Under the pieces are notes generated by a model that saw only the letters and a program-made list of their open reading frames with translations, was not told the origin of the DNA and did not search any database. The position numbers and the translations under genes are program-made. A DNA stretch of 39,967 nucleotides from Patescibacteria group bacterium. Lineage in GTDB: Bacteria > Patescibacteriota > Patescibacteriia > UBA9570 > JAHJKD01. The stretch spans positions 1-39,967 of the forward strand of contig JBDRCS010000057.1 in NCBI GenBank assembly GCA_043821615.1. Direction: 5' to 3'. Below, one piece after another: positions 23,944 to 31,523 of this stretch. Within the stretch, counting starts at the first letter, position 1. Every line of letters begins with the position of its first letter.

Positions 23944-25815
23944 ATGGAAAAGTTTTTTAAGTTTGTGGAAAAAAATGAAACTTGGGTTGCTATTTTAATT
24001 TGTGTAGTATTTTTCTTTGTCTCTCTATTTTCAGTGGCAGGTTTTAACTGGTTAGATCAAAAAACTTCCGGTGATGCGCCAACCAGCGACGAAGTCTCTC
24101 ATATTACAGACGGGTATTATTATTTTCAGACCGGGCGCTACTTTATTAACCCGGAGCACCCACCCCTAACTAAAGACTTGTCAGCCTTACCTCTTTTAAT
24201 ATTGAATCCTGAATTTCCTGAGATAATGGGTGAATATGGCAACCCGGAAACCAAAGGAGAGCCAAAGTTCCCTTATGAAGAAGATGTGTATTTGGAGCTG
24301 GATGATGAAATGAACAACGGGCAATGGGAGCTGGGCCGGATATTCATGTATCACCCCAATAATGATCCGGATGTAATTACTTTTTGGTCACGCTTCTCTG
24401 TAATTTTCTTCAACTCTTTATTATTGTTCTTGTTATTTTTATCGCTCAAAAAGACCTGGAATGCCAAAGCTGGTTTGCTGAGTCTAATTTTAATTGCTGT
24501 TTCCCCTTTTATGATGGCGCATGCCTCTTTGGTGACTTTGGATTTTATGCCGAGCATGTTTCAGATGTTGGCATTTTGCTGGCTGGCAATATTTTTGAAA
24601 AATTGGTTGGGCAAGAAAAAGTTTATAATGGCATTTATATTAACAGTGTTGTGCTTTAGTGCGGCTATGCTGTCTAAGTTTTCGTTTGCTATGTTTTTGC
24701 CGGTGGCTATGGGAGTGGGCTTGATTGTGGTGTTGTTTAGAAAAAATAAATGGAAAGATATTTTAACATATATTGGCTTCATGGCTTTGCTGGGTGCATT
24801 GGTTATATTAATAATTGGACTTTTCTATTCTCCCCATGTGATTAATATGAGTGCTGAAGACATGGTTACTCAAGTGAATAATACTTATCCATCTGAAGGC
24901 TTGCCTGAATTTGGAAAAGATATAATGAATGGATTGGCGGAAACTAACTTTATTTTCTTTAAAGGATTAGTGGAATACGGTGTGGGAGTGGTAATGGTGC
25001 TGACCAGGATTGCCGATGCCTGGCAGACAATTTATTTTATGGGTGGAGTGTACGGCTCTGAAGGAGCGGGCCTACTCTACTTCCCGGTTTTGTTCTTCAC
25101 TAAACTCACTATTCCCTTTTTATTATTATTTTTATTAAGTATAGGTCTGGCTATTTTTGACTTATTCAAAAAGAAAAATAAACTTAAAAAGAAAATCTCA
25201 GAATATTTGAAAAATCCTTTGGCCTTTTTTCTGCTTTCTGCGGTGGGAGTGTACGGATTAATTACAGCTTTCTCTAGTTTTCAGATCGGTCTAAGGCATA
25301 TCATGCCTATGATTTTAGCCATAGCTTTATTAATGGCAAAACAGCTTTATAATTATTGGGATAAAAAATATATTCAGTATGGTTTTATTACAGCCTTAAT
25401 ATTTATGATCGGGTCTTGTGTCTGGGCGTTTCCTCATTATCTAGAATATTACAATCTTTTAGGAGGCGGCACAAAGAACGGCTATAAAATTGCGACAGAT
25501 TCTAATTATGATTGGGCTGGTCAGGATTTAAGGAGATTGGGCAACTGGATGGAGGATAATAATGTAGACACAATTTATACAGATATTTTCACTAATGTGC
25601 CGATTCAATATTATACAGGTGACGATCAAAAAGAATATCGCATTGGCTGGGATTGGACGCCACCAAAAGGAGCTTATATAGCAGTGTCTGCTAATCGGTT
25701 GCAAAATAATATTTATAGTGATGATATTCCTGAGGATCAAAAATATTCACTATGGGATGACTATTTAGTGGATAGAGTGGGAGAAACTATATTTATATAT
25801 CAGATTCCGGAATAA
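23944..25815 (+). CDS. GT-C fold (PMT_2/ArnT-like, GT39/83-type) membrane glycosyltransferase
   Basis: 623 aa, more than 10 TM segments. First-loop motif YFINPEHPPLTKDL. Soluble C-terminal domain. Confidence 0.7.
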   Translation: MEKFFKFVEKNETWVAILICVVFFFVSLFSVAGFNWLDQKTSGDAPTSDEVSHITDGYYYFQTGRYFINPEHPPLTKDLSALPLLILNPEFPEIMGEYGNPETKGEPKFPYEEDVYLELDDEMNNGQWELGRIFMYHPNNDPDVITFWSRFSVIFFNSLLLFLLFLSLKKTWNAKAGLLSLILIAVSPFMMAHASLVTLDFMPSMFQMLAFCWLAIFLKNWLGKKKFIMAFILTVLCFSAAMLSKFSFAMFLPVAMGVGLIVVLFRKNKWKDILTYIGFMALLGALVILIIGLFYSPHVINMSAEDMVTQVNNTYPSEGLPEFGKDIMNGLAETNFIFFKGLVEYGVGVVMVLTRIADAWQTIYFMGGVYGSEGAGLLYFPVLFFTKLTIPFLLLFLLSIGLAIFDLFKKKNKLKKKISEYLKNPLAFFLLSAVGVYGLITAFSSFQIGLRHIMPMILAIALLMAKQLYNYWDKKYIQYGFITALIFMIGSCVWAFPHYLEYYNLLGGGTKNGYKIATDSNYDWAGQDLRRLGNWMEDNNVDTIYTDIFTNVPIQYYTGDDQKEYRIGWDWTPPKGAYIAVSANRLQNNIYSDDIPEDQKYSLWDDYLVDRVGETIFIYQIPE

Positions 25816-25841
25816 ACTAATAAAAAAATCGTATTATTGTT

Positions 25842-25865
25842 AGGGGACGCAGATCTGCGTCCCCT
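25842..25865. terminator. Perfect 24-nt palindrome between convergent genes
   Basis: AGGGGACGCAGA/TCTGCGTCCCCT is an exact reverse complement. There is no adjacent U-tract, so terminator function is uncertain. Confidence 0.5.
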
Positions 25866-25898
25866 ACACCAAATAAATCCGATTTTTTTATTTGAGTT

Positions 25899-26255
25899 TT
25901 ATTCCTTTAGCCAGGCCCAAGCTTCTAATAATTGAGATTCTTCGAAATATTTATAATCACCATGAAAAATTAGCTTTACAAATTCTGCGCACATTTTTTC
26001 ATATTTTTTACTTCCAACAGCGGCCATTTTTATAATTTTATCTTTGTGAGCTTGCAACCATTGAAAGTCTTCTATCTCAGCTTTAAGCTCAGCTGAGGTA
26101 AAATCAGTAAAGTCAAAAAGGACATTAATTTTACCGTGTTCGGCAACAACCTGATTAACGCGTTCAATTAATTTGTCTTCGTCTTCTTTGGTGATGCGGC
26201 CAACAACCTTTACACCAACATTTTTACCGTTACTTTCTGTTAAGATGTCGTACAT
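25899..26255 (-). CDS. STAS/SpoIIAA-like (DUF3478-type) protein
   Basis: 118 aa. VGVKVVGRITKEDEDKL ... INVLFDFTDF ... KIIKMAAVG ... EAWAWL, the pattern of SpoIIAA-like STAS_2 proteins. Confidence 0.65.
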   Translation of the reverse strand: MYDILTESNGKNVGVKVVGRITKEDEDKLIERVNQVVAEHGKINVLFDFTDFTSAELKAEIEDFQWLQAHKDKIIKMAAVGSKKYEKMCAEFVKLIFHGDYKYFEESQLLEAWAWLKE

Positions 26256-26288
26256 AGTTTTTTTAGTTAATTGTTATTAGTTGATAGT

Positions 26289-28352
26289 TTATTGAACTTC
26301 TAAATAATCTGTACTTCTAATTTCTTTCATAGCTCCGTTTTGGACTTCGCCTTCTACAAGATCGTAACCCATAAGGGCAAAGATTCTGTCCAGGTAGAAA
26401 ATTGGTCGGGAATTGCCATACCAGTCTTCACAGGAATATTCACAATTATCATATTCATCGATGTCAAGATCAAGATCTCTCTCTTCTTCAGGAGGGGCAT
26501 CAAGAGAGCCCAGGTCTTTGAAGGAATTAGAATTTGTGTTTACTTCCAAAAACTTTACACCATTAGATTCTTCCCATAATTGTGAAACGCCCTCTCCGCT
26601 AGAGCGGGTAGGCAAGCCAAGCACGCCTTCAGCCGCAGAATAGAAGAAGCCATGGCTTCTGGTTTCCCCTTCTACAGCGTCAGCCATGGTATAGGTGTTG
26701 TCTTTGGTGGGATTATCGGAAAGAGCTACCCAATTAAATAATAAATCATTGCCTTTGCCTCCAATAACTACAGCGTTGTTGTTATCTAAAACTTCAATGC
26801 GATCTACAGTAGATCCAAGCTCTACTTCTTGAACTTTTTTATCTTTTTGAGTGTAGTTCATTACATAAACAGAATCGCCAGCATAGTTATCTTCCCACCA
26901 GAGATCACCAGAACCATAAAGAAGGTAATCACCTACATAACGATTTACTAAAGTGTAGCCATCAGGGACAGGCAGAACAAAATAATCATTTGTGTCTACT
27001 TTGCCAATTGAGGCCGTAAAATCTTCAAGGGGAATTTGAACAAAAGAAAGGTCAGAATCTGAATATTCGGCATTCCACATGGCATCGCCAAACCCTTCAT
27101 CCCGAACCATGACATTTAAATTATCCTCGGTTTCCTTAAAGGAGAATTGATCGATAGGGGCACCATAGGCCTGAACTGCCGTCACCTCACTAAGGTCAAG
27201 TGGCATGGCATAGATATGCGCATTGGGCTCACCTTTATTGGCATCATAATCATAGTAAAAATAATCATTGTCAGAAACCCAGACATAGACGGTTTCGGAA
27301 GAGACATAGAAATTTCTGGCATAGGGTCCCAATACAGCCTGGGCATTGCAATCGAAATCGTTTGAAGCTAAATCACAGCTAACAACAGTATGCAAAGTTG
27401 GATTCTCCACTTCTTGAATTGGCTTATAAATATCTTCCGGGCTGAGAATTTGTTTGCCCGGACCAACTTCACTGCCTGAAATCCATTTTTTAATTTCCGG
27501 CAGATGGGCATCGTATTCACCTGTATCGTAATCCCAGGTATTTAAATATAAGGGCATGTAAAAAATTAACTTTCCGTCAACAAGGCGGGAAGCGTAGTTG
27601 CGAGAAGAGTAATAATCATTTGAATCCATGAAGTAAGTGTTTTCATGAGTGATGGTGCCTTGGTCGTCAATTTTAAATAATCCAATTTCTGTGGCTTCCA
27701 TAGAATAGGAATAACCAATCACAATGATGTTGTCGTCGGAGATAAGCATTTCATCATAATAGGTGCCAAGAGTGGAGCCGGCAGGGTAAGCTTCTGACTT
27801 GAAAACAGGTTTTAATAAATCTTCGCCATTTTCTTTTAATTTAACCGTAAATAATCTTCCTCTTCTTAATATTACCAAATAGTCACCATAGGATTTTACA
27901 ATATCACCTTCGTCTACGCCCTGTTCCTGGACATTGGTGATACTTTCATCTTCAGGGGCTGCTCCCAAGCCTTCTGGTGAGCCGGCCATAAGAGGTGCTT
28001 CTTCGACAGAATCCATGGTAACATCGCCTAAACCAATGTCATCAATAAAACTACTGCCTTTTTCTTCAAGAGCAGATACAGGTCTGGCGGCGCTTTCAAA
28101 ATCTTCAAATTCCTTGTCTGTGAATTTTTCCATTTTAGAGGCCGGTTCCCATTCTATGGCGCCGTCTGAAACCTGGGGCATGTCCTGATATTCCTGATAA
28201 TAGACGTAGCCAAAATAGGCGGTAATACCCAAAACGGCAAATAATAGGAAAACGAGGATAATAAAAACCGTTAATATTATTTTTCCGGTTGTTGTCATAA
28301 TTTTTTGTTTAATACTTAATAACCTGGGGTACAGTGCCCCCGGGTTATTCAT
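26289..28352 (-). CDS. Membrane-anchored beta-propeller domain protein (COG4880/PF09826-like)
   Basis: TM anchor IILTVFIILVFLLFAVLGITAYFGYVYY. TNVQEQGVDEGDIVKSYGDYLVIL motif. Long beta-rich body. The start may instead be ATG 28298 (MTTTGK). Confidence 0.7.
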   Translation of the reverse strand: MNNPGALYPRLLSIKQKIMTTTGKIILTVFIILVFLLFAVLGITAYFGYVYYQEYQDMPQVSDGAIEWEPASKMEKFTDKEFEDFESAARPVSALEEKGSSFIDDIGLGDVTMDSVEEAPLMAGSPEGLGAAPEDESITNVQEQGVDEGDIVKSYGDYLVILRRGRLFTVKLKENGEDLLKPVFKSEAYPAGSTLGTYYDEMLISDDNIIVIGYSYSMEATEIGLFKIDDQGTITHENTYFMDSNDYYSSRNYASRLVDGKLIFYMPLYLNTWDYDTGEYDAHLPEIKKWISGSEVGPGKQILSPEDIYKPIQEVENPTLHTVVSCDLASNDFDCNAQAVLGPYARNFYVSSETVYVWVSDNDYFYYDYDANKGEPNAHIYAMPLDLSEVTAVQAYGAPIDQFSFKETEDNLNVMVRDEGFGDAMWNAEYSDSDLSFVQIPLEDFTASIGKVDTNDYFVLPVPDGYTLVNRYVGDYLLYGSGDLWWEDNYAGDSVYVMNYTQKDKKVQEVELGSTVDRIEVLDNNNAVVIGGKGNDLLFNWVALSDNPTKDNTYTMADAVEGETRSHGFFYSAAEGVLGLPTRSSGEGVSQLWEESNGVKFLEVNTNSNSFKDLGSLDAPPEEERDLDLDIDEYDNCEYSCEDWYGNSRPIFYLDRIFALMGYDLVEGEVQNGAMKEIRSTDYLEVQ

Positions 28353-28504
28353 CTATATGATAGCGATAACCGCGGAGCACCGCATCCGCGGTTATCCCCG
28401 TAGTTTATTTAACTACTTAAAAAGTATACCATTTTTTACTCAATTAAAAAACCGGGGCTCACTCACGTGGGATGCGAATGAGGTACCCGGTCTTGACGCC
28501 TCCT

Positions 28505-29326
28505 TCAGGGCGTCGGGTTGGGGTTGAGAGGGTACATGATGGAGTGCAGTTCTTCCATCATGATCGTGAACTCGCTCTTGTCCTGGCCTGCCGAGCTCTC
28601 CAGGTAGACTCCATCCTGCACCAGATAGTTCATCTTCTGGAGTTGGAGGCGGAAGTTGCGGGCGTAGAGTCGAATCTCGCGGTGCTGGCCGGAATCGGCA
28701 CAAGCGGCGGCGAGCTCGACCTCGTGCTCCAGTTCGAGCAGGAGCAGGATGGCCGAGTCCACTGGCGAGCCAGAGCTGGGAAGCAGGTTCCAGCTCTCAT
28801 CCAGCGTCTCGAGTTTGTCCTTGCTCAGAACGGGAAGGGCCTTGTCCAGGGCTGTGCGGACGACTCTTGCAGAGACCTCGTCCAGGGTCTGGCGATCCTC
28901 CAAGAGCTGCTGGGGGGTCTGGCGCTCGCTGATGCGGAGCTCGACCTCGGTGTCGAGGTAGGCCATAGCCACGTAGTAGCCAGCGAAGTTGATGGTGAGG
29001 CTGGTGATCAGCAGGAGCCAGATCATGGGGTGGGCCAGACGCTGGCGCGGCTGTTGGCGCTTGGGCGGAGGAGGCTGCATGGCCGGACGAACCGGAGGGG
29101 GGACGGCCAGAGGCGGAGTCGGCTCTTCGTCCTCGTCAGGTAGAGCCTCGACCACGGCTTCCACGGGAGTCGAGTCTTCACCAGTGATGCCCCGATAGGT
29201 GTGGGACTCACCAGAGTAGCCCGAAGCCGGGAGCGGATTGATTTCGTCGTAGGTAGCCTCCAGCTCATCCGGCAGTTTGCCCAGATCGTGCGGGAGACTG
29301 CTGGGATCCCTTGTTTCATTAGTCAT
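28505..29326 (-). CDS. GC-rich-island protein, 273 aa, Pro-rich N-terminus + single TM + helical C-domain
   Basis: Start MTNETRD at ATG 29326 with GAGGAG 7 nt upstream. TM HPMIWLLLITSLTINFAGYYVAMAYL. Strongly G/C-ending codons. No family recognised. Confidence 0.6.
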   Translation of the reverse strand: MTNETRDPSSLPHDLGKLPDELEATYDEINPLPASGYSGESHTYRGITGEDSTPVEAVVEALPDEDEEPTPPLAVPPPVRPAMQPPPPKRQQPRQRLAHPMIWLLLITSLTINFAGYYVAMAYLDTEVELRISERQTPQQLLEDRQTLDEVSARVVRTALDKALPVLSKDKLETLDESWNLLPSSGSPVDSAILLLLELEHEVELAAACADSGQHREIRLYARNFRLQLQKMNYLVQDGVYLESSAGQDKSEFTIMMEELHSIMYPLNPNPTP

Positions 29327-29354
29327 GGGTTTTCTCCTCGATTCTGAGATCCGC

Positions 29355-29528
29355 TCACTCGCGGCTCCAGAAGGGGTAGCGGGTGAGAAGCCAGAAGACC
29401 ACGGCCACACCAGCGAGGGTGGGCCAGATTCCGAAGAAGTGATAGACAGCCACCGAAGCGAAGGCGGCGAGAATGCTGATGCCGACCCAGTTGCCGGCCA
29501 TCTGCCAATTAAATACGATTCTTTTCAT
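29355..29528 (-). CDS. GC-rich-island small membrane protein (57 aa, two hydrophobic helices)
   Basis: My translation is MKRIVFNWQMAGNWVGISILAAFASVAVYHFFGIWPTLAGVAVVFWLLTRYPFWSRE. GGAGG lies 6 nt upstream of the ATG. The stop is 28 nt before the next gene. Too short for the ORF track. Confidence 0.45.
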   Translation of the reverse strand: MKRIVFNWQMAGNWVGISILAAFASVAVYHFFGIWPTLAGVAVVFWLLTRYPFWSRE

Positions 29529-29629
29529 CCCCGGCCTCCGTTTAGGGGCTTTGTTGTTTAATGTGCAATCCCGTGAAACAAATCACAGGACCCTCCTTGA
29601 TTGCAGAATATTAATGAAAATGAGCGGTT

Positions 29630-29658
29630 TTGTCAATTGGCAGAATAAAGATTATAAT
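29630..29658 (+). promoter_or_regulatory. Promoter TTGTCA-17-TATAAT
   Basis: TTGTCA at 29630-29635, 17-nt spacer, TATAAT at 29653-29658. ATG 29666 lies 7 nt downstream (leaderless candidate). Confidence 0.55.
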
Positions 29659-29665
29659 GAACGCT

Positions 29666-30046
29666 ATGACTAATGAAGAGCATATTAAAACTTGTTTGGA
29701 AATCTTTGACCGGGTCTGCCAGGTATTAAACTGTAAAGGATTTGACATCTTACCGATGCAGAGGAAGGCCTTAAAAAATCCCAAGTCCTGCACTTTGGGA
29801 TATATTAATTTTGCCAAAAAGAAAATCGTGATTGATGTGTTTACGCCGGCACGAGGCCAGCCCAAGGCCTATCCCAGCATAATGAGCACCCTGGCCCATG
29901 AAGTGGCCCATATTCAAAAACCCCCATATCGTTCCAGATACAGAGGCCATATGATTAACCGCCAGCATTACCCGGCTTTTTATAGGCAGGTTACAAGGAA
30001 TATTAAAAAGTTGAAGAAAGATAAGGAGCTTTCTAAATTTTTTTAA
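29666..30046 (+). CDS. HExxH zinc-metallopeptidase-like protein (SprT/DUF45-like)
   Basis: STLAHEVAHIQKPPY contains HEVAH. Small basic protein. Start ambiguous between 29657 and 29666; the track start at 29630 lies inside the promoter. Confidence 0.55.
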   Translation: MTNEEHIKTCLEIFDRVCQVLNCKGFDILPMQRKALKNPKSCTLGYINFAKKKIVIDVFTPARGQPKAYPSIMSTLAHEVAHIQKPPYRSRYRGHMINRQHYPAFYRQVTRNIKKLKKDKELSKFF

Positions 30047-30113
30047 GTCGGCTCGGCAGAAGCCTCGCCCTATTTGCCATCTAATAGCCCGAGCCTTCTG
30101 GCGAGGGTTCTTA

Positions 30114-31433
30114 TCATTTTCTTGGTATTTTCCGATACCATTTCCAAGCTTTTCTATTTTGAAAATTAAGATCCATGAGGCCAAAGTAGGCTTCATATTG
30201 ATCGCTTAAATCTCTATCTCGAGTTGTATATAATAATATATTTTGAACATATCCCCTTTCTAGTAAATAGGAAGTGGATTTTTTTAGATAATCACGCTGA
30301 GTGTTTTGGTTCACGCCGGCAGTGCCCAAAGAACAACCGATTTCTGTGACCCAGACTTTTTTCTTGCGCTTGCCTTTGAAGATTGTCTTTTCCAAAGTTT
30401 CCATGGCTTCGCGCTGAGCATTGTTGTTGCCATTAAGCACATATTCACCGCAATAATAGAGGTGAATATTTAAGGCGTCAAAATATTTATGGTATTCATA
30501 AAGATTGTCTATGTAATTAACTTTTGAAATATCAGCAATACCGCCGTTGAGAACTTTTGAGTTGGGATCATATTGCCTGATAATTTTGGAAGCGGATTTC
30601 AAAAGCGAGGCATATTCGGAAATTGTATTGGGCTTTAAATATTCATCTGAGTCCGGCTCGTTCCAGACTTCCCAGACATCCACATAATTGCGATAGCGGC
30701 GGACGGTGTAGCGGACATATTTTTTCCAGGCGCCGACTGAGGGCTTAGTGTAATCCTGGTTTTGATCGTAGGCCAGCATGCCCACGACGCGGATATTGTC
30801 ATCCTTGTATTCTTCCATAACCTTGTCATAGCGGGTAACCCAGCCGGACTGGTCAGCACCCATTATTAACTGGTGGGAGAAATGTTCCCGCGCCCACTTA
30901 GTTTTGGAATTTTCCAATTTGTTTTGATATTCGGCGTCATTGGCAGAATCTCCGGCCATGGTCTGATGAACATTTAGGCCGACTGTTCTCTTAGAAACCT
31001 TTTTCTTTTTAGTATTTTTAAAAAACTTTTTTAATTTTGGTTTTTGATATTTAACACCATAGGGATTAAATATTTTAATGGGAATGTCGGATTGAAATAA
31101 AACTGTTTCCCCTTCTTTAATAGATAAATAATAATCTCCATTCGGAGCTGTAGATTTATCAAAATAAAAAGTGGCGTTCACGGCTTCATTGTTGCCGGCC
31201 ACATTTACACCCTGAAAGTCGCCCAAATAAATATTCACATCATCATTAAAAATAAGGTCAGAAAAATTGTCCCCATAAATTGCCAGAGTGGAAGAATTCT
31301 CCTGAGTGCGCCTGGTAACAGAGATCCAGTCTGATGAAACTGAGGTTATTTCCGGGGCAGTGGCTCCAAATCCTAAAACAGGTAATAAAAGTAGAGAAAA
31401 TGATGAAATTAGATAAAAATAAGCTTTTTTCAT
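30114..31433 (-). CDS. Secreted clan GH-A glycoside hydrolase with N-terminal IPT/TIG-like domain
   Basis: Signal peptide. APEITSVSSDWISV..LAIYGDNFS (Ig-like). VWEVWNEPDSDEY (acid/base). VWVTEIGCS (nucleophile). Paralog of 14110..15849. Confidence 0.7.
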   Translation of the reverse strand: MKKAYFYLISSFSLLLLPVLGFGATAPEITSVSSDWISVTRRTQENSSTLAIYGDNFSDLIFNDDVNIYLGDFQGVNVAGNNEAVNATFYFDKSTAPNGDYYLSIKEGETVLFQSDIPIKIFNPYGVKYQKPKLKKFFKNTKKKKVSKRTVGLNVHQTMAGDSANDAEYQNKLENSKTKWAREHFSHQLIMGADQSGWVTRYDKVMEEYKDDNIRVVGMLAYDQNQDYTKPSVGAWKKYVRYTVRRYRNYVDVWEVWNEPDSDEYLKPNTISEYASLLKSASKIIRQYDPNSKVLNGGIADISKVNYIDNLYEYHKYFDALNIHLYYCGEYVLNGNNNAQREAMETLEKTIFKGKRKKKVWVTEIGCSLGTAGVNQNTQRDYLKKSTSYLLERGYVQNILLYTTRDRDLSDQYEAYFGLMDLNFQNRKAWKWYRKIPRK

Positions 31434-31523
31434 GGATTAGTAGTATAGCACATTGACATATTTTGTTAAAAGTACTAATATACTCTATTCTCCTAAAAAC
31501 CGGGGATTAAATAAATATTGAAT

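Noticed and set aside
28472-29561. Long ORFs 28472..29143(+), 28749..28961(+), 28989..29198(+), 29023..29319(-), 29277..29561(+), 29323..29508(-), and the 28-codon N-terminal extension of 28505..29410
   Set aside because: These are typical shadow ORFs of high-GC DNA. They are Arg/Gly/Leu-rich nonsense with no SD, and they overlap the one coherent SD-led, GC3-rich reading on the minus strand.
30050-30107. Two 21-nt GC-rich segments (GGCTCGGCAGAAGCCTCGCCC and GCCCGAGCCTTCTGGCGAGGG) that looked like a pseudoknot
   Set aside because: They are roughly parallel complements, not reverse complements. The only consistent antiparallel pairing is CCTCGCC/GGCGAGG with an inner CTATT/AATAG stem. That is an ordinary structured spacer between convergent genes, and I cannot support anything more.
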